Below are positions 1-13,764 of a stretch of DNA of 64,000 bases, one piece after another. The DNA is from Glycera tridactyla. Lineage: Eukaryota. The stretch is from contig OZ286477.1 of assembly GCA_965644265.1 (NCBI GenBank), forward strand, positions 29,202,001 to 29,266,000. Direction: 5' to 3'. The position numbers were made by a program, and so were the translations under genes. The notes beneath the pieces were generated by a model that saw nothing but the letters and a program-made list of their open reading frames with translations, was not told where the DNA came from and searched no databases. Position 1 is the stretch's first letter, and each line of letters begins with the position of its first letter.

Positions 1-439
1 TTGAGTGAGGCAGACTCGGCATATATGTTCATGGTGGTCTTCTAAATTTCAAATCCTATTTTATTATTCAGTAGGTCCTGTGCGAGTTGTGTGACATGAG
101 CTCAGGGTTAATCATGGTGGTCTTGTACATATCGAATATATCACGGGTAGGATCTACCCTATACTCGAAATATGGGAGATTACGGGATCAGCTCAGTTGG
201 TGAGGGGAGTTTTGGAACGTAACGTGGGTCAGTATTCCAGATTATCCGAGTCATGCTCGAAAAGCTTGGCGGCATACAGTAATATGGGAAGTGCTGAAGA
301 TCGGTATCACACATCACACGGGATATGTGTGGTAAGGTTCCACAACATTCCTTCAGTATTTGAATATCAAGATGGAATCCAAAAGGTTTGTTGCAAACGA
401 TATGCATCATTCACGCAACCTCTCTAGATGTGGCGCAAT

Positions 440-463
440 ATTTCTGTCTCTGTCTCTCTCCTC

Positions 464-500
<37 letters not shown>

Positions 501-725
501 CTCACTCTCTCTCACACACATACGCTCCCTCTCCCTCTCTCCCTCCCTCTCGCTCTCTCAGCCCTCTTTCCCACCCACTCTCTCTCACACTCTCCTCCCC
601 CCTCTCTTCCCTGTTCTCACTAACTCTCTCCATCTTTCTCACCCTCTCTTCCCCCTCTCTCTCTTCCTCGCTATTTCTCTCGATCTCACTCCCTCTACCT
701 ATTCCCCCCTAACTTCTCTATATAT
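440..725. repeat. (CT)n-rich microsatellite / polypyrimidine tract
   Basis: Long degenerate tctctc run; explains the S/L-rich spurious ORFs 360-735. Confidence 0.95.
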
Positions 726-3187
726 CTCTCGTTAGCTGATAAGTGGATATACAGAAATACGTTCTGGTGAATCGGCCTCTGTGGCGCCTAACCAAGTATT
801 CAGCCAGTATTTTCCGGCAGAAACATTGATACGGAGAGGATACAAGACCTTCTCCTAGAGAAATAGCTCCTATGGGAATAGTCTTAGCCACACTCAGCAT
901 TGTTGATGGTGGCCGAGTATTTATCAAGTAAAATGTCTTTATCCAAGAGCTCCCCCGGGAGTTCAATCACGCGGAATGAATTGTCATAGACGCAGGCTTG
1001 TTCAAGATGGTTTTCTCGGTTCTATATGCAATGTCGTAGTTGAAGACAAAACCTGTACTGAATACAAGATTCCAAAATGACCATCTCGAGCATTCATTAG
1101 TTATCTATCAAATGCTGCTAAATTTCATTGGTACTCTTCAACTCTCACCTTGCCGTGGCAATGGTATCATCCAATATGATGAATCGTCTCTATCAAAGCC
1201 GGGCGCAATGCAACCACTACATTATCCCATTTATATTTCTTTAATGGATATGTGCATCCCATCGAGCTTAACAATCTGGCGCCGTCACAATTTTCAGTCA
1301 GGCGATGAGGAAAAAATATGTCAGTTGAGGAAAGCTAGGCACTAAAATGATAATTTCTCAATTTGTGAGGCCAAAATGAAAATTGTGGCTGAAGTGTAGT
1401 GATGTGAAGGTACTGATCTTCCCAGTGCTGCTGTTAGCTATTCATGGGTGATCGGTCCAATCTTGGCGAGGCACAACCATCTGCGTGTGATTGAATTTTG
1501 AACCTCCTCTCTTGTGCTTGCATGTGTGTGTGTATGCTGAGGAGGTTTATAATTGAAGCTGGTTTTTGTAGTCACTTATCATAGCACCACTGCTAACCTG
1601 GGAACATTGTTTTCAGATCCCAGATAGGCCCCACACCATCACCCAGCCCTGGTGGTGTGTAGCTCATGCTTCTTCCTGTGTTTTGAGCTCAACAATAGGG
1701 GCCTACACCACTTGTGTAGTCTGTGACGATTTGTGTAGTGTATGGTTCACCCATACCAGTATTGCATCCCCACACCCCAACATGGTCGCTCACCAATATA
1801 TATTGCGCTGACTCTGGCCTATAGAGGCAACTGACCCTTACTCTTTTCGTATTTATAGTAGATATGTCCCACTGACAGATATTCAACCGACTTGAATTTA
1901 ATACGAACAAGATGGCATACGCTGCTCTCGTATTTGGTCATCATGTAAAATACAGCTATCATCGAACACCTACCAGCAATTGTGTAACGGAGATTTCTCA
2001 TAGAGTGTTATCTTTGAATGTGACCAGACTGAAAGTGTGAACTTCTCGTAAGAATCATAAGCAACGGTTGCAGGGTATGTACGGGGAATATGCACATAAT
2101 AAAAAAAGTAACTTTCCTCCCGTTATTCTATATATATTCCTTCTGAAGTCTGCATCCTTCTGATGTAGGGAATATACATGCCGATGAGTCGATGAACAGT
2201 GTAGTATGGAAGTTATTCATCGTGATTGAATGGCATTGCAGACATCTCATAAATTCTGGCGAACTTCCAAACTTCTCAATTTGAGAAGTGGATTCACTTT
2301 CTGATCAGTTCTGCGAGCGGACAATAAATAATCCACCTGGGGACCGATCAATCCTCGTACAAGACAGATGAGCTGGCAGCTTCTGCTTTGATTTGATAAA
2401 CTGCCGGGACTATAGAAAGGCGAAGGGAAAGATGTCTCCTTCCCAGCGTGAATTGGTTCATTAGACTCTCTCTCGCAGCAACCATCTTCATATTTTGAGG
2501 ATGGCTGCTTATCTATTCCTTGATTTGCATATCAATTACCGCAACACGTCATACGTCTATCTCATCGGAACAATATTCAGAAGGATTCAAAAGATGAGAG
2601 ATATCTTCGTATTGATGATTGTCAATCCTGTTCAATGAGAAACTCTACTTTTGGTGAATGCTACCAGTGATTTCAGCTTTATCCATGTACGATAGGTTTA
2701 TCTGTCATGAGTATTGATGCCTGTTGTGAAGTATCTTATGGTTGATTGTGAGACATGTTTTTGTTGTAAGTGATGTGCATCTGTGAGCAGGGATGTGCTA
2801 CGAATACACCTGGATACAGCTATAAAGTATTTTGAAGCATGTTGAAGCTGTGAAACATCATGAACAATATCCCACGAGTTTGTTACGTTGTAAATTAACA
2901 CGAAAGAGGATCGAAGTGCTGATTTCCTGAAAGATGCATGTTCCTTGTAATAAGATTGGGTGATTCCGTTCAGAAGGGCCTTCTTTCTTCGTGATTGACT
3001 AAGGACTAGTCATTTCAGCAATCGAGTTGGATTGGTCAGTCTCTACTCACATACAGCTTCTTATGATTCTGAAGAACTAGTCCTTCAGATCAGCCCATTG
3101 CGTATTCGTTTCAATATGGTCCGGGTCATGAGGATAAACCAAAAATATAACATCACATCTCCTATGATAGTCGCTTCAAAAAAGGCA

Positions 3188-3560
3188 TGCTTCATAAGGC
3201 TTCATAATGTTTATTCGTGGCAATGAGATGTGACATCAATTTTCCATTCCATATTTAAGGTATAAAGAAACATATTATAATAGCCCACAATACATGATAC
3301 TCACATAACATATTTACACAAATACAGTACAAAATATATCAAACTAAGTTGAAAAAAGACAAATCTATACTTCCACCCCTGCTAAACAAGACCGCTACCA
3401 ACATCAAATTCTATGGATGTGACTGTGGATGCTGGAAATATTGTGGTGAGCTGGTAGGCTAACGGTCAACATGCAGCAAGCAATAAAGGCTGAAGGCAAC
3501 TTGATTGTATCTGTCAAAGGTGGCGTGAGAGCGGACTGCAGTCTCATTCACCCAATCCGC
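3188..3560 (-). mobile_element. Old 3'-terminal fragment of a CR1/L2-type LINE
   Basis: Minus strand ends in AATAAA-CATTATGAAG-CCTTATGAAG. Upstream broken frames give DRYNQVAFSLYCL and SLPAHHNISS, resembling the Y..SFF...WN.LP C-terminus of CR1/L2 ORF2. A similar tail (cttcataagtcttcataatgtt) recurs near 28247-28270. Confidence 0.4.
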
Positions 3561-4091
3561 CCACCAGATGATCTATGATGTCCGAAGGCCACGGACTCAC
3601 CAGAGCTGCATAATGTGGTTAGCGGCACAGGCTGAACCATGAATATGACAAGTTACAGTGGAATATTGTGCCTGCGATCGTGTACGCGATAAACGGGGCG
3701 AGGGTGATGATGGGTGATGGTGACGTCATTGTTGATGGAATCATTGATATTGAATTTGTCGTTAGTAGCTATGATGTTGTCAATGGTGCTGATGAGGGTG
3801 ATGTTGATGGTAATGGTGGTACGGACCTACGCAGAAGATGTCGAAGACAAAAGTCTGGCGTGCGTGAAAATTATTGATTTGAGAAAGGATCAGAATAGCA
3901 AGCCTCAGATTCTGTTTCAGCCACAAAACCTCGCCAAACTTTCTCATGACGTGAAAAAATCTCGCTGCTGCCTAGCTCAGCAGGTACATACAATTGTGCA
4001 GTTGTGTAGGATATATTGATGCTGAGGTCAGAATGGTGATAATTGACTGAACAATCGGAACATAATTATGACTTCGAGCACACATGGATCA

Positions 4092-4425
4092 AGACGCGAA
4101 CACACCTGTCCGTTTTTTGATGTCCGAATTCGGATCCGAATTCGTACGGCTATCATAATTCTGATGACAACGAACACACCTTGTCAGTTTTTCACCATGT
4201 CTTCACGCTATTCAAAATCATGTCAGATGCCCTCGTATGATTCACATTTGCTGGATGATAAGCGTCCGAAGTCCGTCAAGATCGCTCACGATTTGAATGG
4301 TTCGGTTGCGGATTCGGATTCGGACAGGTGTATTCGGCAATGGTTCAAACATACGAGAGCGAATTTTACTGATGGCTGTCCGAATTCGGGCGGACGTCCA
4401 AAAACGGATAGCTGTGTTCGCGGCT
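4092..4425. mobile_element. MITE with ~37-bp imperfect TIRs, PIF/Harbinger-like
   Basis: Left end AGACGCGAACACACCTGTCCGTTTTTTGATGTCCG matches the reverse complement of the right end (AGCCGCGAACACAGCTATCCGTTTTTGGACGTCCG). Flanks are TCA (4089-4091) and TTA (4426-4428), consistent with a mutated 3-bp TWA TSD. No coding capacity. Confidence 0.75.
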
Positions 4426-6099
4426 TTAGCCCTCAGCAAAAAACCTAGTGCACACCAGGGAACGGTACAGGGTTGAATTGATGGAATTGTCCTGTTTGGC
4501 CTGACTGCAACCCCTTTATTGGGGCGGTAAAGACATGCTACATTTTGCATTGCTTCGGTGTCTGCAGGCGAGATGCAAGAGGTCAGGTATACCCTTCCTC
4601 GGTTGTTTTCGCGTCAGTCTATCTCTCGCCGGATAGCAGTGAATAGTGAATATTTGTGTGCGGTGGAACCAACAAATTACCACATGAATGGTAAATTCAA
4701 TAATCAAGTATCTTGACCAAAAAATGCCGTTCAATTTAACAGTGAGAATACAAGCAGGAGATGAAGATAACTCCAGCAGTGCAAAATATTAGTATAGCAG
4801 ATATCTGTGTGTGGAGAAATAACAAAATGCCACAAAAATGGGAAATTCAATCATCAAGTGCCATTCAATTTCAGCAGCACTATAGAAGCCGGAGAGAATT
4901 TCATCTTCCCAGTGCTGCTTTTATAGCTATTTCAGGGTGAGAGGTCTAATCCTTTCACTCAAGGACCAGAGATTGCAGTGCCTATTTCTGATTCGAAACT
5001 GCAAGCAATGGTGCATGACAGACGGGTTCGCCTTAATCCGGTCGATATCAGCTTAGCCTTGGTCGGCCTTGGTCGGCGTGAGGTCCTCTAGAGACATATT
5101 AAAGCAATCATAAGTGAGAGATCCAATATGCTCAGGGGTATATTGGCCATAAAACACATTTCTCCTTTAAGTCAACGAGCGTGATATCGCTTGATAGCAT
5201 CGCAAAGACTGCTAAGGTCGATGATCAGATCCAGAGTGGTTGGTATATCGGCATATCAAAAGACTAATGGAGATGTGCATGGCCGATATACGAAGACAAA
5301 TTGCCCAGTTAGATACTAGTCTTGCATCTCCACGACAGCAACGGGACCTGGACAGCCCTAGTTTGGGTAATACCATCGCAAACATCGCCACCACAGCGAA
5401 CAACTCAATACTACTTCTACAACAATGACAACAATAATAACTACTACTACTACTAGAAATACTTCTGGAAATTTGAGAAATGCAATCCACCGGTCATCCA
5501 ATTTTTCATGTTGACTATCGAACACGGCAAATCTAAATAGTATTATCACCCAGACAAAATAATCATCAGATATTTGCACGAATTGCAATACGGTCCATTC
5601 TACTCGGTCTGTTTACAGTCCCGCTGTTCTACCACACATAATGTGGATGAGCCATATTCGTGACATGTTTGTGGTTTAAGGGATCTGGCACTGCCCAATA
5701 GTTCTGGAGGCGCCGTTGTCCAAATCCTTCCTCAGTGAGAGAGTGTGTTATTTGTGAGGTGGGGAAACTAAATCGCCAACATTGAATATGGTTTTTCTGT
5801 GTAAGAATATTGATAATAGGGTGCGGGTAAATTCTTCAAATAACACCTAGGCGCTCTTGAAGGTGATCACTGACATTTATATTGGTGACTATGATTGATG
5901 CTTCATTGCTTCACGAACTCTGACGATTGTGTATGATATTTTGGATTCATTCCATTCTGATTCTTCGATAATTGTCAAGAAAATACCCTATGTCCCATAT
6001 ATCGCAAATGCAAAGTTATATTAGTAGATGCGGGATAGGAGGAAGAATAAGATCCCATGTTCGTATCATATCAAATTATTAGGTGTTGCAGGAAGTGTT

Positions 6100-6500
6100 G
6101 CAGAAGGACTTGCTGAGCATCCAACACAGAATGACTTCAGAGATGATGGAGTTGATTCCTTGAAGGCAGACAAAAGATGACAGTTATCATAGCACACTGT
6201 GCCTGTCACAGACCGGAAGCTAATGGGAGCTGTTACAATGACAAGTGACAGCAGAACGGCATATATCAATCGTCCACGGGGAGGCAATAGCAGAAAGTGG
6301 CAGTAGCTTTCTTGTCTGAGTTATGAATGAGAACGTGCAACATATTTCATTCTACATATGGTGTCACCAGAGACTTAATAGCCATCGAATAATTGCTCCA
6401 TGGTTGATTCTCATATGCAGTGCCACTAATGTTCTCTGAATATTCAGTAGGGTGAGATCGTCATGGACATTGGGGAAAAGATTATATCCCAGCTATTCTC
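6100..6500 (-). pseudogene. Decayed class A GPCR-like fragment (TM3-TM5)
   Basis: Broken frames give LTLLNIQRTLVALHMRINH (ERY-like TM3 end) and RLIYAVLLSLVIVTAPISF..VC (TM4/ECL2 Cys). The paralogous copy at 13581-13763 continues RLIYSIISDVIPCWML (TM5-like). Confidence 0.4.
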
Positions 6501-9248
6501 CCAACTATAACTGTTACTGACCGATGCTTTGAAAAGAAAGTTTGTATTATCGCCCATGCGATTTAGAGAATGTTGCTGTCATTTTGAACCACGAGTCCAA
6601 CACTTCATGTGGATAGACATTATCCCTTTCATCTTTTGCTTCCCCTTCAAACCTTAAAGAATTCCTTCCAACTCTTCCAGTACTTGATTTCATGAGCCTG
6701 TAATGACAATGAGATGGAGATGTCCATACCCCCCTATATGTATCGACATCTCATGAATGTCTCTGTATGTGATTTTTCACTGATCTATCTATCATCAGCT
6801 TGTCCGTATTGATACTCCTGCTTGTCAAATTCATTCGCAGGACACTTCCCTACTAACAACGAGTATTTATCTGCAGGTCATTTATGAACCATGCATGGGG
6901 GTACTGAACTTTCATGTACCATCCTATTACAACCGACCCCTGGTGCAATACACTAGTGATCGAGCAAGTTCATATTGAGTTTCACATTCCCTGACATGTC
7001 ACCTGCATTCCATGTGACCTTGTGGTTCTTGTGAATGACATTTCATGATCTGGCTCACTCACTGCAGTTGTTATGTGGGTAGATGGTGTCTTGTGAGCAC
7101 CGAACGTCCGACACTCACGAAATGATCACGAAATGATCACGAAATTCTCACATACAGTGACAGTTGCAGGTACATCATAGTCAAATACGTAATGCATGTT
7201 GCAAATACTCCCAGAGATCACTCAAGGATCACACTCTCCGATCTATCCCCATACTCGTACATTAGAACGGATGGCTGGCTGGTAGTGTGCACATTCTGAT
7301 CGAGATAGTAACATTGTATCTGCAGTAGCGGGACCATGTTGGCCGTTCATGTGACATGTGGAAATCGACGTGAGTGTCATTTTTTAATCCAAGTAAAAAC
7401 AATTCAATGACTAGGCGTACCAGATCTTGATAAATGCTATCATGCTCATATCATCTCTTGTCTGAAAGTGTATCTGAACGGTATATCCTAGTCTACCGTA
7501 TATTACATATTCAATCGATGCTTACTCCATAGTTAAGTCTCGCCTCTGTTTCACAAGAGAGTCATCAGTCATAAGAATCACATGTGATATACAAAAGCCT
7601 TTCAATCCATATATGAAACAGAATGTGATATGTGTGTTGGAACAAGAGACACTCATTGTGGATTTGGTCACCTGCCTCAAGATGCTGATCACTGGCGTCG
7701 TCTAGGAGAATCGAATTGACCTGATGCCCTGTCAGGCGAGCTCATCTCATGCAGCCAATCACATTCACCGGATCTGAGACCAGTCGAAGGTAGAATACGA
7801 AAGTAGAATTAACATCGTCTCCTCTTGACCTCATCCACTTTGGAAAATTTCAAACTGCTACTAAAATTAGCCCAATCACCCGGCAATCGATGGCGTCCCT
7901 GGAACATATGTCCCATGAGCACATTCTTCATGGTCCCGAAATTGAAGGAATTTGAGGCCAGACCGCGCCCATGAACAGGGTTACAAGATCTGTTTTCTTG
8001 GGTTTTATCTCCTCGTTAGCAAACTCTTGTTTATTCTGGTCCTTAATCGCTGCTGCTACCTACGTCGACAGAGATTCATCATTATGCTGATTCATAAGAA
8101 GGCAGAAATAATGTCATGTCCCGAGTGAGGAAGTATATGATGAAATGAAGAGATTCATAGGCATGATTACTCATGGGACCAAGCTCAACATTGCTGGTAT
8201 GGCCACCTGTATGAAGTTGATGGCTTTGATAATGTACGAATAAACCATCGCTCCAGGAAACAATTTTGATGTCTAACACTTGGTGATGGTTAGTAATCTG
8301 ACTTTCTCCAGCAGTATCCAGAATCAGATCATATGAAGGATTGTCCATATTCATTTAAACTAGGCTTCCCAGGTTGGTAGAAGTTTTGGTGATTGTACAT
8401 TCATGTACAGAATGACATTCACTTTGGGAGTCACCTGTGAATTATGTCCTGATTCACAAAGATAATTACCCGAAAACCTACAGAACAAATACCTAAAATA
8501 CATGAAATACTTGAAAAATGGATCACTTTCAGCATTGTGTGTTTTTTACCTTCTTCGTTGCTTTCCGATTTGACAAGGAATATTCACGAAAGTTTGAAAT
8601 ACGACCATGCAAATGTTTGAAGAAAGACATTCGAACAGAGGCTAATGGACGGAATAAAAATTGGCTGGGTTGCCAAGGAGATTCGGTCTGACACATGACA
8701 GAATATTCACACGTTTCTTGCATTACAGAGTCCTTTCATCTTTCACTCGATACAAATGCCTTGAGCTCCAGTTGCATATCATGAACAGATAGTCGCGACC
8801 AACACTCACATAGAATGCAATAACGTTATTACCCGATCGGGAATCACCACTGCTGCCGGTTCTCAATTGAACACCCAAGTCGACATTGGTGAGCAAAACC
8901 CCTCATCAGATGGGTGGCCAGAATGAACAAGGTTCAATACCAGACGTAGACCATGACAGAAACCTGTAGAATCGGTGCTCCTCACACATGACGCACCTGT
9001 GGGTCGACAAACCTGCGCGAAACCCTCAAACTTCGCAACTATATGTCACGCAATGTGTGAATCACTGGCTACCTGGCTATAGACCACGAACCTAATGCTC
9101 ATATAGACCATTTTGTCTTGTTATTTGAATGTCGCATGAACCTGCTAACAAACCCATAATTCAACCCACTACATTTACAGTTATCTCCTAATGTACAAGC
9201 ATTGTATTCTTGTGCATTCTTGTGTAGGGTCGATGTCTGACTCACTCA

Positions 9249-9435
9249 CGCCAAAGCCTGTCTTGGTGGCTCAGTAGTATCATGCTCGGCCGGCGTGCAA
9301 TGGGTCTGGGGTTCAATCCCCGGTCCTACCATGCAGGAATGTTTCACTCTTCATCTTCGCTCCTCCTTGGCAGGTGGTCTGATTCAGCCTACTCAAGTGC
9401 AGAAAATGGACCTAAAACCTTGACAATTTTTTTTT
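9249..9435 (+). mobile_element. tRNA-derived SINE
   Basis: Pol III A box TGGCTCAGTAG (9267-9277), B box GGTTCAATCCC (9310-9320), terminal T9 run (9427-9435), flanking direct repeat CTCACTCA (9241-9248 / 9436-9443). Absent at the paralogous site in copy B (~18275-18312). Confidence 0.85.
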
Positions 9436-10249
9436 CTCACTCATGCAATGTACACTGATCGACTTGTTATTACATGTATGTGACACTGTCAGAGAAGTGT
9501 CAGGTATCAGGTATTGTGTGTGATACCTCGCACCTGGATGGGATTTATGTCCTGATTCCATGTGAAGAGATACGGTTTAAATTTCGTTAAAATCCGCAGC
9601 TGGTAGGATATCGCGTATCTACGTCACAGGCATGCAATCATCCTATATGACATATTGCCTTTTTGTTCTTGAAGAGATTGGTAGGTGGAAGCATAGTACG
9701 GATTCTTCAACACACCTGCAATGCAAGGCCTACTTGATAAAAGTGGCTCATAATTTTTGTGATTGGACCATTTCACAGCTAACTGCTTGATATTTTTTCA
9801 TTAGATTCTTTCATCGCTCATGGTACTGAAAAAGAGCATATCGGATACTTGAGTTGGATATGGATTGGATTGATTTTGTGAATATAGCATCATGGAATAG
9901 ATGTGAGTTTCCATGGTGAGCATATTGGGATATTCACTTTCGTTATTCATCCGTATTCTTACATACTATTACTTTATTGTGTTAGAAAATTGGTCCTCTG
10001 GTAATGACTGGGAAGAGGAAGGATTCATATTAGATTTCTTGCCTATATACACAGGTCTCTCGTGTTTTCTGCATGTTCAAATTCAATTTGACTGTGAAAA
10101 TTGACAACCATACGGGTAATGGCGAAATACATTATTACAATTTGTTAAGGCTATATGAGGAACTGTTTTCGGGAATTTTCTGGAAAAGAGTGACAGCTCA
10201 CGGGCAGAGTAGTGAGGCATTCGAAATTCAGATTTGACTCCGTGAATGA

Positions 10250-10760
10250 TTCGCCAGGAAGTAGAAGGGAAAACAAATCTGTAGTTCCGTATTGTGTGGT
10301 CGGATGTGGCGGTATTAGTTCTGCTTGAGCAAACAAATAACGCATTATGGAAGCGATTTCTTATGTACATACTAAAGTGCTAGAGAGGCATAATTCCCCT
10401 AGACAATTGTTTTCTCAGCATATTATCTGTACTAATATGTTATAATATGACAATCATAACAGCAAGCTCCCCACCGCAATTTATTGCATGGATCTAGACT
10501 ACCAATCTCGTATGTTCTCGCCTCTCAAGCACGCAATCTGTCTTTCTCTTCAATATGCTGTCATCTCTTTGTTTGTCTCTGTTGGGCCCTCCAAAACATC
10601 CAGCTGCCTCTTGTTGTTCGATCCACACCTGTTATTCTACATACCTTATCCTGATGATATATCTCTGTGTGTTCTCTGCATGCCTGTCCCTCAGAATGTC
10701 ATTATATTGCAATACATGTTTTCTCCTGTAAGATATTTGCTGAACATGACAGATATTCTA
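10250..10760 (+). pseudogene. Decayed class A GPCR-like fragment (TM5-TM7)
   Basis: Broken frames GIIPLDNCFLSILSVLICYNMTII (TM5-like) and HLFVCLCWALQNIQLPLV (CWxP-like TM6); paralog at ~19060-19520. Confidence 0.35.
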
Positions 10761-11229
10761 ATTGTTAACACGACAATATGATGGATATACTTCGAATTCG
10801 GTTGATCTAGCTTGGATGAGGATACTACATGGATCTATTCTGCAGAACACACGTTCAAACACGATAAAACCAACCACTTCTGATGCTCATGAGAAAGATA
10901 ACTCTCGAAAACTAACTTGAGCATGATTCGGTGCTCCGCGTACAGGCTCTGAATGTAGATTCATTGGCAGGCACTAGATCTTCAAATTCACTTGAAAAAT
11001 ATGCAAAGGACGACATACCCTTGTCTCCGTCTCAAATTGCCCTGTTCGAAATCACAAACGATGTGTGAGTTATATGGGCCACGTGAATTTTTTATGTTGA
11101 GATCCTCAAATATCAGATGGGGCCGGGGTCGAAACTCACATCAAGAGGTGCATAGGCATATTCGGATCACATATTGTGCCACTTATCCAGTCACAAGCCA
11201 ATTTGTTTGATAGATGAGCCCTGATCGGA

Positions 11230-11650
11230 CCCCCTGTAGCAGTGGATCAGAAACACAAATTTCAGAGCTGTTGACGGAGTTTGGCCAATATATCCTAACA
11301 GGACCTCTCCTAGACTTCAATATCACCCAACAATTGAAATGTATACATGCTATCCAATAGATGTAGCTACACGGGAAAAGCCAAAATGAGAGGAATGATT
11401 TTCATTCCGTCCTGTCTAGTCGATGAATCCCGAAAGTTATCATATACTGATCAATCAGAAGATTGTCAATATCGTCTGGGCCAGGCACCCATAAAACATG
11501 CTCTATATATGTGTCTGTGACAAGGCTGCAATGCTGCAATATATGTCCTCGTGCCAAACCGGGGTCTATCACTACATTTGCTATTCTGGAATGTCACTGG
11601 TGCTAGGCTCTTCTCTTTGGACATTGGGGATCTTCCAGGTCTATTTGATT
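11230..11650 (-). pseudogene. Decayed class A GPCR-like fragment (TM6-helix 8), copy A
   Basis: Clear nucleotide paralog of 20586-21038, where TM6/TM7/H8 motifs are legible. Confidence 0.35.
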
Positions 11651-11829
11651 TTCTTTGATCAAACTCACACAAGGAATTAATGGGAATTGTCAAAGGAAAC
11701 ATCTTCAGTTAGGTTTGGGAGAAATGGAATTTGAAATTCAAATTTCGGAGTTGGCGATCGGTTCTTTTGTGTCATCATATGGAGGACCCTATGGAGAGCT
11801 TTATGACTTTCAAATATTCCCTTCGCCAC

Positions 11830-11885
11830 AGTATCATATCATATTATATCATATCATATTATATCATATCATATAATATTATACA
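11830..11885. repeat. (ATATC)n-type pentanucleotide microsatellite
   Basis: tatcatatcatattatatcatatcatatt...; absent from the copy B equivalent (~21170). Confidence 0.85.
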
Positions 11886-13764
11886 ATATTTTATTTGGAA
11901 TAAGTTATGTGCCATTTTCGCCTACTCTTGTGAAGCCCCTCTAGTTCCTGCGATCTTCATACGATCTGGATTTTTGGACAGTGTAGTTCATATGGTGGAT
12001 GGATTAAGTAGTCAGGCTTGCATTCCGGTGTCCGGCCACCTTTGGCAGATACCGGGAAGTTGCCTTCAGGCTCCATCGCTACCTTTTGTCATGAGTTCAC
12101 CTACTAGCTCACTGGTATTTTGGGAAGACCGTCCGAGTGGGCAGGATGGTGAAATAATTGATTGCATATTATGTATTTGAGAGTTTAAAGAGAGAGAGAA
12201 GGAGAGAGAGGGAGAGGGGGTGAGAGAGATGAGGAAGGGGATGAGGGTCATTGACCTGATTCTTGTTTATCTGACCCTTACTCTACTGTAATACTATAAT
12301 GAGGTCATACCTGTCCCAACCATGGAGTCTGGGAAGTGAAAAGTGTGTGCTTAGGCCAAACTCATGATTTGAACAGACCAATTATAGTCAGAAATACTCT
12401 GGCGATATGAACCAAAACAAGTTCTCGCTCAGTACAAATCTTACTAAGGACATGAGCGACTGTATGTGAAATCACGTATCACCCTCCACAATGATCAACA
12501 GTTTAATCGTGAGATGGGCGAGAAGGGAGGGGGGGGGACTGGTTGGAGCTAATCTTCTGGGAAACTGTGTAGATCATGATGAAGTTGAGTGGGGCAGACA
12601 TATAGAGAAGGTGGTGGTCATCACGGAGAATTCTGCCTGTCACCGACCGGCTACTGTGTCAGGATATTAGTTTGGCAGCCAACGTCAAAATAACGACGTC
12701 CATTAATCGTCCTCGGACTTGCAAAATCGGAACCACATCTGAGCAATGTGTCGAGTGGATGAGGCCGAAGTTTGTCATGTTCATTCTTATCATGTCGAAA
12801 ATGAACCAGGGCTTAAATTATCATTCAAATTCTACCAATGTACGAGTGTCATGATTACAAATTTGTATGAATATGTATGCCTGTACGAGAGGGAGATGAG
12901 TTGACCATTCATCTCAACAGTAATGTAATTTTGAAGCCTTTCTTTGAATTCTTTTTCCAGGGGTACACAAGTGATGATCTCACATGTTTATATAATACAT
13001 CCCTGTGCATCTACCTCAACTATACTTCACATTCAATGGTTCTTTGTCGTCTCAGAAACACTAACCTGACTGAAGTTATTACAGATAAAAGTCAATTTAG
13101 ATTCAAATTCACTCCATCTCGAGCAAATCGATCAATTGATTGATTATTCCACTTGTTGCCTGCTGAAACTACTGCCTGACTGATATATGGATGAGTGGAC
13201 GAGTAAATCGACTGACTGATTGCATGATTGCTTGAAAAAATGATGCATATTACTACAAGCCATACTGGACTTCAGGGGCGACTGGAGAGAGAGATATATA
13301 TAGGGAGGAAAAAGTGAGAGAGGAGAGGGAATGAGGGAGAGAGAGAGAGTGAAAGGGAGAGAGAGAGAGAGAGAGAGAGAGGAAAAGAAAAGGGGAGAAA
13401 ATGAAAGAGATGGCATCAATCATATGCATACGGAGCAAAGATGTCCGTGAAATCAGATAAAACTCTGACATTTCTGTTCGATTCCTAGAAATCAATAATC
13501 AGTGGAGATATCCACAGCAACGTCGCATACAACTTGATAGCCTGAAACGGGGCATATCAATACAAAAGTTCGACCTTGTTTTAGAATGAGCTGAGCATCC
13601 AGCATGGGATGACATCAGAGATGATGGAGTAGATCAGCCTGAAGGCAGACAAAAGATGAGAGTCATCATAGCACACTGTGCTTGTCACAGACCGGAAGCT
13701 AATGGGAGCTGTCACAATGACAAGTGACAGCAGAACGACGTATATCAATCGTCCATATTGCATT

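Larger units (their letters stand above)
6090..13520. repeat. Segmental tandem duplication, copy A
   Basis: Collinear anchors with copy B: 6150-6275/13610-13755, 8400-8790/17260-17700, 10300-10575/19100-19370, 11390-11520/20780-20890, 12660-12770/21950-22060, 13110-13510/22310-22640. Confidence 0.9.

Noticed and set aside
180-410. Kinase-like hint (IQILKECCGTLPHI)
   Set aside because: No HRD/DFG or other kinase motif follows in any frame I checked.
2698-3160. TIR/SEFIR-like (DVIFLVYPHDP) or GPCR-like (NSWDIV..YFIAVS) reading on the minus strand
   Set aside because: Motifs conflict and frames are too broken; probably decayed coding sequence but not assignable.
5740-6060. Gypsy integrase C-terminus hint (WDLILP, FAIYG, FNVGDLV) on the minus strand
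   Set aside because: Three short motifs in different frames, with no DDE core, LTRs or RT nearby.
6170-6270. Kazal/OATP-like reading CHCNSSH*LPVCD
   Set aside because: Contains stops; the alternative open frame gives a TM4-ECL2-TM5 pattern consistent with neighbouring GPCR motifs.
8082-8354. TIR-like reading of the 90-aa ORF
   Set aside because: No recognisable box 1-3 residues; similarity too vague.
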